Shown here in pieces: positions 1 through 9,178 of a stretch of 64,000 nt of DNA (its first letter is position 1; each line of letters opens with the position of its first letter). The notes under the pieces are model-generated. The model was not told where the DNA came from. It was given only the letters and a program-made list of their open reading frames with translations, and searched no databases. The position numbers were made by a program, and so were the translations under genes. Origin of the DNA: Candidatus Levyibacteriota bacterium (GTDB taxonomy: Bacteria > Patescibacteriota > Microgenomatia > Levybacterales > UBA12049); contig JACQHJ010000002.1 of assembly GCA_016199085.1 (NCBI GenBank), forward strand, positions 122,622-186,621. Reading direction: 5' to 3'.

Positions 1-250
1 TCTCCCAAAGCTTTTTAAAATATGGAAGCGTAAGCGTTGAAAGCAAAAAGCCGATTGCGGGAACAATTGCGTTTACCCATGGGTCGATTTGGACAATGTA
101 CTTAAGGTACAGGGCAATTGAAAAATAGGTAAAGAAACTTAAAAGTATTTTTCTACTCCAGCTTGTTTCCCAGGATTTGTTCGACTCAACCTCTTTGTTT
201 CTTTTTTCAATTTTTTGGATTCTTTCTTCAATGCTTGGTGGATTACTCAT
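1..250 (-). CDS. Hypothetical membrane protein, partial (C-terminus runs off the window start).
   Basis: ATG is the reverse complement of cat at 248-250. It translates MSNPPSIEERIQKIEKRNKEVESNKSWETS... followed by hydrophobic segments. No stop before the window edge. Confidence 0.4.
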   Translation of the reverse strand, partial: MSNPPSIEERIQKIEKRNKEVESNKSWETSWSRKILLSFFTYFSIALYLKYIVQIDPWVNAIVPAIGFLLSTLTLPYFKKLWE

Positions 251-295
251 TTGATAAATTATACACAAATTTTAAGTAAGAATAAATTTTTTATT

Positions 296-673
296 CTATT
301 TCCCTTGGGGGCTTGGATTAGTTACTCTCTGAAACCCAATACCAACAAAAGCATTATTGTTTGCATCGCGTCGTTCAATAAGAACTTGTCGCACTAGTCC
401 TTGTGCTTCCAGATCTAATAGTCCTAAGAAAATATCTCCTCGCATGATTTTATTCAAAATTGAAAATCTGCCTCTTTGCGGATGTAATTGGCCAATTCTT
501 TCAAAAATTTCAGTCGTTGTCGCCCCAATTACACCTTCGCTCTCAAGTGAGGAAAGAGCTTCGTTAACATTGCCCCAGATTCTTTTTTGGGTAAAACGCA
601 GAGGAAGCCTAAGAGTTTCGACAAAATTTCTTCGCATCGGTTGCATTATAGTTAGAGGTATATGTAAAATCAA
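296..673 (-). CDS. Hypothetical protein, possibly a winged-helix DNA-binding protein.
   Basis: 125-aa ORF. The segment TTTEIFERIGQL...ILNKIMRGDIFLGLLDLEAQGLV resembles an HTH plus wing. No family recognised. Confidence 0.3.
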   Translation of the reverse strand: MILHIPLTIMQPMRRNFVETLRLPLRFTQKRIWGNVNEALSSLESEGVIGATTTEIFERIGQLHPQRGRFSILNKIMRGDIFLGLLDLEAQGLVRQVLIERRDANNNAFVGIGFQRVTNPSPQGK

Positions 674-754
674 TGCTGTTTTTGCGGATTTACGTTACAT
701 TTATAAGTATAACGAAAAAATATTGATTATATTGCTTAGAGGAGCGATTTGGAG

Positions 755-937
755 CTATCTAGTTCGAAAACGCTCAATGTTGGTTACTAGTTTATGTTGA
801 TTTCTAATACCCGCCTCTATCTCTGCTCGTTGTGCACTAGTTAAGCCTGCAGTAAATATACGTGCCACACCAAGTGCACTTCTTAAAGCGGCTCTTCTTG
901 TAATTGTCTTTGCAATTGGTCTAAGCAACTTACTCAT
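755..937 (-). CDS. Small basic hypothetical protein.
   Basis: 60-aa Arg/Ala-rich ORF. Not recognisably a ribosomal protein. Confidence 0.25.
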   Translation of the reverse strand: MSKLLRPIAKTITRRAALRSALGVARIFTAGLTSAQRAEIEAGIRNQHKLVTNIERFRTR

Positions 938-1005
938 AAGCCAAGATTATAACAAAAACGGATGTGAAGATAAATACATGGAACATTAAAATATTGCGAT
1001 ATAGA

Positions 1006-1752
1006 TTATTTACGCAGCTTGTCTTTTATATCTCGTGCAAAAAGCACAGTTGCAAGGGAAAGATCAGTTGTGAGTCCATACTTAAATTTACCTTTAACTC
1101 TCTCAATGTTTATCCCATCATGCCTTACTCCGTTTGCAAGCGGATTATATTGCCATCTTTGTACGCCTTCGTGATCTGGTTGACCGGAAATATCGCCTCC
1201 TGGTCCATGAGCTGCACCAAATAACAATTCAACTCTTCCACCAGAAAGAGTCCCAACTAAATCTCTTAACGATTTTACCGCTTCATCTTTGACTTGGTCA
1301 TCTAATATTAAGACTCTTGGTCTTTCAACTGTTTCTGTCATTTTTTCAATATGTGGTTGTAGATATTTTCTTCTGTCCTCAAGCGGTATATTGGAAAGAT
1401 CGGAAAGATTTGCAAATGAAATATTATGGTTTCTTGTCGGAAAAGGTTCTTGATATAAATTCCGGTGTAGCATGAAAACACATAGTCCAAAAAGCCTTGC
1501 AGTTCTTGAATTGACAACTACGAAGTCTGGCTGAGTAGTTCTTATGAATTCGACAATGGGATAAGCAAACTCATTGATATTTGCCACTTCAATCTGTGAG
1601 TCGGAATACAGGTTTATGTATGAACTTACAGTGGGTAATCTTGAATATGATCTTATTTGAGTAGCTTCTTTGGCTCTTTGTCTTTGGAACACACCGACTA
1701 GAGTTCTCCAAAATATCCCTCTTGGTGCTTCCGCTGACATGTCATAGGCCAT
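1006..1752 (-). CDS. Hypothetical protein; GC noticeably higher than the neighbours.
   Basis: 248-aa ORF with no recognised motif. Codon composition differs from the flanking low-GC genes. Confidence 0.4.
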   Translation of the reverse strand: MAYDMSAEAPRGIFWRTLVGVFQRQRAKEATQIRSYSRLPTVSSYINLYSDSQIEVANINEFAYPIVEFIRTTQPDFVVVNSRTARLFGLCVFMLHRNLYQEPFPTRNHNISFANLSDLSNIPLEDRRKYLQPHIEKMTETVERPRVLILDDQVKDEAVKSLRDLVGTLSGGRVELLFGAAHGPGGDISGQPDHEGVQRWQYNPLANGVRHDGINIERVKGKFKYGLTTDLSLATVLFARDIKDKLRK

Positions 1753-1800
1753 TCTATTGCCGGGGATTTATATTGTCAATGATAAAAGTAAATATGATTA

Positions 1801-2445
1801 CTACAATTCTAAAAATAAACTCTCAAGTCCCAAGCGAAGATTGACGTTGGATTGTTTTATCTGTCTGTAATATTTTTGCAGCAAAACGATTTGCTTTCCA
1901 TATTCTACTTTTTGTTTTTTTACCATCTCATTTCTGGCCGCAACAATTAATTTTTCCAAAAACAAAAGCGTACTTTCTTTGTCTTTGGCAAGATCCTGGG
2001 CAATTTTTAGTCTCTCCCCTACTTCGGCTTTTTTTAGGTCCTCAAGAATTTCAATTATATTTCCTTCCTCATTTTCCTCAAAACTTATCTTTGAGGAGAG
2101 TTCTATCAGTTTGCACCTTGAGACAATTGTAGGAAGGAAAAAATTTGATGAAGCAAGGATTATTATAGTAGTTGAAAGCGGCGGTTCTTCTAAAACTTTT
2201 AAAAAAGCATTTTGGGCATCGATTGTTGCGCCGAAAAATGCCTCAAGTACAACCATTTTTTTGTCTCCCCTAAGTGGTTTTAGAAATATCTGTCTTGTCA
2301 GATTTTTTATGTCTTGTATGCCTATTTGTTTCTCCGATGTGAGGGTAAAAACATCAAAATTAGAGATTTTTTCCTCTCTTGCCATCTGCAAGACTTTATC
2401 CCTTGCTCTTTGGGTACTTTTAGAAATAATAATGAGACTTTGCAT
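1801..2445 (-). CDS. holB: DNA polymerase III delta-prime subunit-like clamp-loader protein.
   Basis: Contains NAFLKVLEEPP and the SRC motif (TIVSRCKLIEL). Size is about 214 aa. Confidence 0.65.
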   Translation of the reverse strand: MQSLIIISKSTQRARDKVLQMAREEKISNFDVFTLTSEKQIGIQDIKNLTRQIFLKPLRGDKKMVVLEAFFGATIDAQNAFLKVLEEPPLSTTIIILASSNFFLPTIVSRCKLIELSSKISFEENEEGNIIEILEDLKKAEVGERLKIAQDLAKDKESTLLFLEKLIVAARNEMVKKQKVEYGKQIVLLQKYYRQIKQSNVNLRLGLESLFLEL

Positions 2446-2492
2446 TGTTTTTCTGTTGACTTTATATCATATTTTAGCCTACTATTATAGTA

Positions 2493-4277
2493 ATGCCCGA
2501 TACATCTAATTTATCAGACCAGTCCAAGACCGCACCGGCCCAAACGCCAAGCGTCGTAGATGAACAAATAGACGTAACGACCCAGACTTTGGCAGATATT
2601 CTCTACTTAGAAAAGCTTCTTAATAAAAGCCAGTATGACGATATTAAGGTAAAATCTGCTTCCAAAGGTGTTTCTGAAGAAGCAATTATCGAATCAATGG
2701 AGGTTGTTTCGCCTGCAAAGCTTGCCGAAGCAAAAGCAAAACTTTTAGGCATTCCTTTTGTAGACGTTGTTAACGCTTCATTTTCTCCCGAAGCATTGGG
2801 TCTTGTTCCAAGAGCTGTTGCCGAAAGATTTTCCCTAATCCCTTTTGCCTACGACGACAATACAAAAACGCTTTCCGTTGCGATGGCAAATCCTGTAGAT
2901 TTGGAAGCAATAACTTTTGTCAGGGAAAAAACAGGATTAAGTATTAAGTCCTTTGCCGCAACCCCGACAGAAGTCGTAAAAGAAATCAATCAGCAATACA
3001 GGCAAGAACTAGTCGGTGAAGTCGGAGCGGCAATAAAAGAGACGGAAGACGTTAACAAAATAAAGACCGTTGATACGGACCAGATAGCCCAGCTGATTAA
3101 AGAAGCTCCTATTGCCAAAATCGTCTCAACTATTTTGGAATATGCCGTAACCAGCAGGGCTTCTGATGTACATATCGAACCCCAGGAAGACAGGGTCAGA
3201 GTCAGGTACAGAATCGACGGAATACTCTATGACCGACTTTCTCTTCCCAAAGCAGTTCAGGAAGCGGTAATCTCAAGGATTAAGATTTTATCAGAAATGA
3301 AAATTGACGAACACAGAAGTCCACAGGATGGACGCTTTAACTTTAAAGTTGACCAAAAAGAGGTTGACCTTCGTATCAGCGTCCTTCCAACAGTTTTTGG
3401 AGAAAAGATTGTCATGAGGCTTCTTCGAAAAACAGGAGGAATCCCAGGTCTTGCAGAACTCGGGCTTGCTGGTTTTTCGGAAAAAGTGCTTGAAATAGCA
3501 ATACAAAGGCCTCACGGAATAATTATTGTCTGCGGACCAACTGGCAGTGGAAAAACAACTACGCTTTATTCTGTTTTATCAAAACTTAATACAACAAGAG
3601 TTAATATCTCAACTTTGGAAGATCCGGTTGAGTACCAAATAGCGGGAATCAACCAGGTCCAGGTAAATCCGGCTGTAGGGCTCACTTTTGCAGAAGGTTT
3701 AAGATCATTTCTAAGACAAGACCCAAATATTATCTTGGTCGGAGAAATAAGAGACGGAGAAACAACAGAGCTGGCAATCCAGGCTGCTTTAACTGGACAT
3801 TTGGTTTTTTCAACGCTTCATACTTCCTCTGCCGCTGGAGCACTCCCTAGGCTTTTGGATTTAGGCGCTGAAACATTTTTGCTTGCTTCTACTATGAATG
3901 CCGTACTTGCCCAAAGGATTGTTAGAAAAATCTGTCCTCATTGCAAAGTGTCATATACTCCCCCGCCCCAGATGGTTGAGGAAATGAAAGTGGTCTTGGG
4001 GAAATATTTCCCTCCAAATTTAACTGACCCCAAACTATACAAAGGCCAGGGTTGCGAAGACTGCGGAAAGTCTGGCTACATGGGAAGAGTCGGAATTTTT
4101 GAGACACTTCCGATAACGGAAAAAATAGCAAGCCTAATTTTGCAACACGCAGATAGCGGCGCAATTGAAAAGGAAGGAAGGTTAGAAGGTATGATAACGA
4201 TGAAACAGGACGGATATATTAAAGTCTTAAACGGCATAACAACAATTGAAGAGGTACTAAGAGTTGCTCAGGAATAA
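2493..4277 (+). CDS. pilB: Type IV pilus assembly ATPase PilB (GspE family).
   Basis: N-terminal GspE_N-like region. Walker A GPTGSGKTTTLYS. Tetracysteine motif CPHC...CEDCG. Confidence 0.9.
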   Translation: MPDTSNLSDQSKTAPAQTPSVVDEQIDVTTQTLADILYLEKLLNKSQYDDIKVKSASKGVSEEAIIESMEVVSPAKLAEAKAKLLGIPFVDVVNASFSPEALGLVPRAVAERFSLIPFAYDDNTKTLSVAMANPVDLEAITFVREKTGLSIKSFAATPTEVVKEINQQYRQELVGEVGAAIKETEDVNKIKTVDTDQIAQLIKEAPIAKIVSTILEYAVTSRASDVHIEPQEDRVRVRYRIDGILYDRLSLPKAVQEAVISRIKILSEMKIDEHRSPQDGRFNFKVDQKEVDLRISVLPTVFGEKIVMRLLRKTGGIPGLAELGLAGFSEKVLEIAIQRPHGIIIVCGPTGSGKTTTLYSVLSKLNTTRVNISTLEDPVEYQIAGINQVQVNPAVGLTFAEGLRSFLRQDPNIILVGEIRDGETTELAIQAALTGHLVFSTLHTSSAAGALPRLLDLGAETFLLASTMNAVLAQRIVRKICPHCKVSYTPPPQMVEEMKVVLGKYFPPNLTDPKLYKGQGCEDCGKSGYMGRVGIFETLPITEKIASLILQHADSGAIEKEGRLEGMITMKQDGYIKVLNGITTIEEVLRVAQE

Positions 4278-4279
4278 AC

Positions 4280-5347
4280 ATGCAAATAGCTGAATTATTA
4301 AATATAGTGATAAAAAATAATGCGTCAGACCTGCATCTTCTTGCAGGAATTCCTCCTACTATAAGAATAGACGGAGTTTTAACGTTTCTTACAAGCTATC
4401 CTGCTTTAACTGCAGGGCAGCTTGAGGAAATGATTTTCTCACTTTTAAAACCTGACCAAAAGCAGCTTTTATTAAATAACAAAGAACTTGACTTTTCTTT
4501 CGGGTTTGGAGGCGGAGCTTACGGAGACCTAGGTAGGTTTAGGACAAACCTCTATTATCAAAGAGGAGTACTTTCAGGTGCATTCAGATTCTTACAACCA
4601 AGCATTCGAACTATCGAGGAACTAAAGCTTCCCAAGGTTTGTCACAGTTTTTCAGGATTAAAGCAAGGATTTGTTTTGGTAACCGGCCCGACAGGTCATG
4701 GAAAATCAACGACACTGGCTGCGATTATTAATGAGATTAATCTAGGTAAGTCTTTGCACATTCTAACAATTGAAGATCCTGTTGAGTATGTCTACCCATT
4801 GGGTAAAAGCATTATATCCCAAAGGGAAATGGATATTGATACGCACTCATGGGCGATGTCTTTAAAATCGGCGTTAAGGGAAGATCCGGATGTTGTTTTG
4901 GTTGGAGAAATGAGAGATCCCGAAACCATGGCTGCTGCCATTACTATTGCCGAAACAGGACATCTAGTATTCTCAACGCTACATACAAATTCCGCTTCTC
5001 AGACGATTGACAGAATTTTGGATTCATTTCCTTCAAATCAACAGACGCAAATAAGGATACAGCTTGCGGCAACATTAAAAGGCATTGTATCCCAAAGGCT
5101 AATACCAATGATAAACGGAGGCAGAATCCCGGCAGTGGAAGTTCTAATCGGAAACACGGCGGTTTCAAGCAATATTAGGGACGGAAAAACCCATCTTATT
5201 GATTCGGTCATCCAGACCTCACAAAGCTTGGGTATGATTCCGCTTGAGATATCTTTGGCATCCCTTGTTTTATCCGGTGCAATAAGTCTTGAAACAGCCA
5301 AAAGCTATGCGTTAAGACCTGATGAACTTTTGAGGCTTATTGGCTAA
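4280..5347 (+). CDS. pilT: Twitching-motility/retraction ATPase PilT.
   Basis: Walker A GPTGHGKSTTLAA. Size is 355 aa. Sits directly after pilB. Confidence 0.85.
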   Translation: MQIAELLNIVIKNNASDLHLLAGIPPTIRIDGVLTFLTSYPALTAGQLEEMIFSLLKPDQKQLLLNNKELDFSFGFGGGAYGDLGRFRTNLYYQRGVLSGAFRFLQPSIRTIEELKLPKVCHSFSGLKQGFVLVTGPTGHGKSTTLAAIINEINLGKSLHILTIEDPVEYVYPLGKSIISQREMDIDTHSWAMSLKSALREDPDVVLVGEMRDPETMAAAITIAETGHLVFSTLHTNSASQTIDRILDSFPSNQQTQIRIQLAATLKGIVSQRLIPMINGGRIPAVEVLIGNTAVSSNIRDGKTHLIDSVIQTSQSLGMIPLEISLASLVLSGAISLETAKSYALRPDELLRLIG

Positions 5348-5350
5348 ATT

Positions 5351-6553
5351 ATGAGACTTAGATATAAAGCTGCTACCAAAGAAGGAAAACTAACTCAAGG
5401 ACTTCTCGATGCAAAAGACATAGAGGAGGCAGCATTGTATCTTCGAAGCAAAGGCTTTCTGCCCATCCAGATTGTAAGAATAGATAATAAGCTCTCTACT
5501 CAACTTCCCTTTCTAAACAGCGTAAAAACCCAGGACCTAGTTCTTTTTACAAGACAGCTTTCCTCAATGCTTTCCTCAGGGCTTACGGTTATGAAATCCC
5601 TGGAGATACTAAAAGATCAGATTCAAAACCCGGCAATGGCTGAAATTGTAACAACAATAATAAACGACGTTTCCGAGGGAAAAACACTTTCCCAGGCAAT
5701 CTCAAAACACCCTAAGGTGTTTAGTAATATCTATGTTTCCATTATAAAAGCGGGAGAATCTTCCGGCTTACTGGATAAGGTTTTACTTAGGCTTGCCGAC
5801 AATTTGGAAAAACAGGCAAAGTTAAAATCAACAATAAAATCTGCCCTTATGTACCCGATTATTGTCATTATTTTAATGGCGGTAGTCATGCTTGTTATGA
5901 TGGTTTTTGTCATCCCCCAGCTGACTGTTTTATATGAAAACCTGGGTGTTGCCCTCCCTCTTCCGACACAGATTTTAATATCTGTCTCAGATTTTGTCAC
6001 CCTTTTCTGGCCGGTAATCCTAATCATTATTGCGGCCCTAATTTACCTTTACAGAAAATGGGCTAAGACGCTTGGGGGAAGGCTTATAATTGATGATCTT
6101 GTATTAAAGATGCCAGTTTTTGGAAAACTAATAAAGCAAACAATTCTTGCCGAGTTTTCCAGAACTTTCGGCCTTTTGGTAGGAACAGGAACCTTGGTGG
6201 TTGAAGCATTAAACGAGACCGCCGAAACAACCGGAAACGTCCATTTTTATAATGCAATTGTCGGGGTGGGTCAACAGGTTGAAAAAGGAGTAACGGTGGG
6301 CGCCGCTATGGCCCAGTCTACCCTCTTTCCTTCGCTCTTGGTTCAGCTTGTCAAAATCGGTGAGCAAACTGGAAAAATGGATGAAACCTTGCAAAAAGCT
6401 TCGGAATATTTTGAAAGAGAAGTAGACCAGTTGGTAAAAACCTTAACTACTGCGATGGAGCCTTTCATCATGATTGTTCTTGGAATTGGCGTAGCATTTT
6501 TGATAATTTCGGTTATTACGCCAATTTATAGCCTAATCTCAAGTATTCAATAA
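5351..6553 (+). CDS. pilC: Type IV pilus inner-membrane platform protein PilC (GspF family).
   Basis: 400 aa. Two GspF-type repeats with three TM segments. Position matches pilB-pilT-pilC order. Confidence 0.9.
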   Translation: MRLRYKAATKEGKLTQGLLDAKDIEEAALYLRSKGFLPIQIVRIDNKLSTQLPFLNSVKTQDLVLFTRQLSSMLSSGLTVMKSLEILKDQIQNPAMAEIVTTIINDVSEGKTLSQAISKHPKVFSNIYVSIIKAGESSGLLDKVLLRLADNLEKQAKLKSTIKSALMYPIIVIILMAVVMLVMMVFVIPQLTVLYENLGVALPLPTQILISVSDFVTLFWPVILIIIAALIYLYRKWAKTLGGRLIIDDLVLKMPVFGKLIKQTILAEFSRTFGLLVGTGTLVVEALNETAETTGNVHFYNAIVGVGQQVEKGVTVGAAMAQSTLFPSLLVQLVKIGEQTGKMDETLQKASEYFEREVDQLVKTLTTAMEPFIMIVLGIGVAFLIISVITPIYSLISSIQ

Positions 6554-6574
6554 AAATTAAGCTTAAACTACCTA

Positions 6575-6604
6575 TTGACAAGGTTTTTTAAATATGATTA
6601 TGAT
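6575..6604 (+). promoter_or_regulatory. Sigma70-like promoter for the major pilin gene (TTGACA, 18-nt spacer, TATGAT).
   Basis: -35 TTGACA at 6575-6580 and -10 TATGAT at 6599-6604. The predicted transcription start sits about 3-5 nt before ATG 6615. Confidence 0.4.
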
Positions 6605-7133
6605 TAATACATACATGAGAAATTATTTCAAGACGCTTAAAAAATCCGCAGGATTTACCCTTATAGAACTTTTAGTCGTCATCGGAATTTTAGGAGTACT
6701 AGCTGCAGCCTTAATCGCAACCATCGATCCTTTTGAACAAATCAAAAAAGCAAATGATGCAAACAAGAAAAATGTAGCGGTCGAGTTTTTAAACGCTAAT
6801 ATCCGCTACTATACAACTCACAATGCAATGCCTTGGGGAGATAATGCATCATGTGCTACAACAGGTACTCTTTCAGATGCCAGCGCTATAAACTGTTTGA
6901 CAACGTTAATAGCTGACGGAGAACTTAAAGGTGGATTCACTACCGCAACAAACGTATTAAATCAGGTCCAATTCTTTGGAGGCTCAAATGAAGTTACGGC
7001 CTGCTTCCTGCCTGAATCAAAATCCCAGCAAAGAGATCCTAACACGAAATATAATGCCTCCGGGGTGCTTACCACAGGATGTGCTGGACAAAGTGGCGGA
7101 ACAGCTACTAACTGCTACTGGTGTAGCTTATAA
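6594..7133 (+). CDS. pilA: Major type IVa prepilin.
   Basis: Class III signal KKSAG|FTLIELLVVIGILGVLAA with Glu at +5. C-terminal Cys pair. The true start is probably ATG 6615 (MRNYFK...). Confidence 0.85.
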   Translation: MIMINTYMRNYFKTLKKSAGFTLIELLVVIGILGVLAAALIATIDPFEQIKKANDANKKNVAVEFLNANIRYYTTHNAMPWGDNASCATTGTLSDASAINCLTTLIADGELKGGFTTATNVLNQVQFFGGSNEVTACFLPESKSQQRDPNTKYNASGVLTTGCAGQSGGTATNCYWCSL

Positions 7134-7141
7134 ATTTTTCG

Positions 7142-9178
7142 ATGCCCTCTAAGAGATTATCAATTATTCTGCCTCTTTTCTTGCTTGGCATAAGCTTCTT
7201 TTCTTATCTACACAATCTCTCGTTAAGCGTCTACGGTGGAGATGTAGGAGACTTGGTAACGGCAGCGGTGGTTGGCGGAGTGGCTCATCCCCCTGGGTAC
7301 CCTTTATTTATGGTTTTAGGCCTTATTTTAACTAGGTTTGATTTCGCAACGCCTGCCTTTATGGTAGGGCTAATTTCCGTATTTTCCTCTTCTATGGCAG
7401 TTTTAATTTATTACTTTTTTTCTCTTAAATTAACAAACAGTAAGTTAATCTCTTTTATCTCCTCGCTTATTTTAGCTTTTAATTATCTGTTTTGGTTTTA
7501 TGCAGAAATCGCAGAGGTCTTTGCCTTAAACAACCTGTTTGTACTCTCTCTAATGTTTGTCGCTTACCTATATTATAAAAGCAAAGAAATAAAATATTTA
7601 TATCTGTTGTCGCTTTTAGCCGGACTTTCACTGACTAATCATCATACAATAGTACTTCTATTCCCCTCTTTGGCAATACTGGTTTTAGCAAATTACAAAA
7701 AAATATTTCAAAAACCAAAAGACATAGCCAAATGCATTTTGTTTTTTATTTTGGGTTTGTCAGTCTACATTTATGTTCCGATAGCTTCCTATTTTGACCC
7801 GGTTGTAAACTGGGATAAGGTCAAAGATTTAAATTCATTTCTGCATCTTTTTTTACGGAAAGATTACGGCACTTTAAGCGCCGGCCTTTTTCCAACTCCG
7901 GTAGCTGCACAAAGAGTAGTAATTCTTAACAGTTTTCTCTTTAATCTTTTGACTCAGGTTACAATTCCAGTCGTTGTACTTAGTTTTCTTGGGGCAATAT
8001 ATTCTTATCTAAGAGACAAAAGGTTATTTTTGGCTATTTTATTAGGATTTTTAATAAGCGGACCTCTTTTTATTGCCTATGCGGGTTTTCCAATTACAAA
8101 CGTCTTCTTTATAGGTATCTACGAAAGGTTTTTTGCTATGTCTGCAATAGTTTTGCTTTTGTTTTTGCCTCTTGGTTTAAAATATCTTTCCAAGCTGCTT
8201 TGTAAAATAATCAACAGAGACTTGGTAAGATTGGTTATCGGGGTCTTTTTATTAATTCCGATAATGCTTTTTTATTACAATTTTCCAAAAACAGACCTGC
8301 ATAACATTTGGGTCGGAGACTATTTAGCTTATGATTTCCTCTCGCCTCTTCCCAAAAATTCCGTGCTTTTATTATCCGGAGACACTATGGTTTTTAACAC
8401 TTGGTATGTTCACTATGGATTAGGTTTTAGAAAAGATGTGGAGGTTGCAAGCATAGGCGGTCTTAGCGGAAGCAAATACGTTGAGGCAAAGAAAAAGGAT
8501 TACCTTAAAAAACATCCCAAGGCTGATAAAGATCCAAATTTTCCCATAAATGTTATAAGAGAAATTGCAAAAGAAAAGAAAGTTTTTTCTATCGCTATGC
8601 TACAGCCCAACAGCGGGGAGAAGTTGACCTGGATACCATATGGATTAACTTATGAACTTTTAGAAAACAAAGATGATATTCCAAGTGAAGAAGAATATCT
8701 AAGAACCAGGGAAAGTATTTGGCAAAGTTTTAAGTTTAATGAATATATGAAAAACAAAAGCTTGGCCACAGGAAGCCTGACGATTGCCGAAATCCCCATT
8801 TTCTACTCGGACTCAATGATTGCGTACGGCAATTTTGTCTTTTCAAACTATGAAAATACGGATTATGCATTTAAACTGTATAAGAAATCGATAGAAATTG
8901 CCGAAAACAATTACAAAAGCTATCTCACAATCGGTGTCTATTATTCTTATAAAAAAGACTGTGAATTGACCAGGCAAAACCTGACAAAAGCAAGACAAAT
9001 TTACCCATTTGATAAAAACGTTTATACATTGTCGTACTTAAATTATATAGAATGTTTTAAGGATATTGAGAAAGCAAAAGATGTTGTTTTACTATACAAT
9101 AAGACTTTTAAATCTGATTTTTTCAAAGACGCAGCATCGTCTTCAGCAACATTAAATGAAGAAAATAAAAATAAATAG
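7142..9178 (+). CDS. GT-C superfamily membrane glycosyltransferase (DUF2723/TMEM260-like) with a C-terminal TPR-like domain.
   Basis: N-terminal GGDVGDLVTAAVVGGVAHPPGYPLF motif. More than 10 TM helices. C-terminal soluble region with TPR-like YxxxG repeats. Confidence 0.55.
   Translation: MPSKRLSIILPLFLLGISFFSYLHNLSLSVYGGDVGDLVTAAVVGGVAHPPGYPLFMVLGLILTRFDFATPAFMVGLISVFSSSMAVLIYYFFSLKLTNSKLISFISSLILAFNYLFWFYAEIAEVFALNNLFVLSLMFVAYLYYKSKEIKYLYLLSLLAGLSLTNHHTIVLLFPSLAILVLANYKKIFQKPKDIAKCILFFILGLSVYIYVPIASYFDPVVNWDKVKDLNSFLHLFLRKDYGTLSAGLFPTPVAAQRVVILNSFLFNLLTQVTIPVVVLSFLGAIYSYLRDKRLFLAILLGFLISGPLFIAYAGFPITNVFFIGIYERFFAMSAIVLLLFLPLGLKYLSKLLCKIINRDLVRLVIGVFLLIPIMLFYYNFPKTDLHNIWVGDYLAYDFLSPLPKNSVLLLSGDTMVFNTWYVHYGLGFRKDVEVASIGGLSGSKYVEAKKKDYLKKHPKADKDPNFPINVIREIAKEKKVFSIAMLQPNSGEKLTWIPYGLTYELLENKDDIPSEEEYLRTRESIWQSFKFNEYMKNKSLATGSLTIAEIPIFYSDSMIAYGNFVFSNYENTDYAFKLYKKSIEIAENNYKSYLTIGVYYSYKKDCELTRQNLTKARQIYPFDKNVYTLSYLNYIECFKDIEKAKDVVLLYNKTFKSDFFKDAASSSATLNEENKNK

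Noticed and set aside
357-800. 147-aa + strand ORF
   Set aside because: It lies antisense to a better-supported - strand ORF, and its translation is low-complexity Arg/Ser-rich. Probably spurious.
755-937. Ribosomal protein S20 or L34
   Set aside because: Basic and small, but the sequence matches neither signature.
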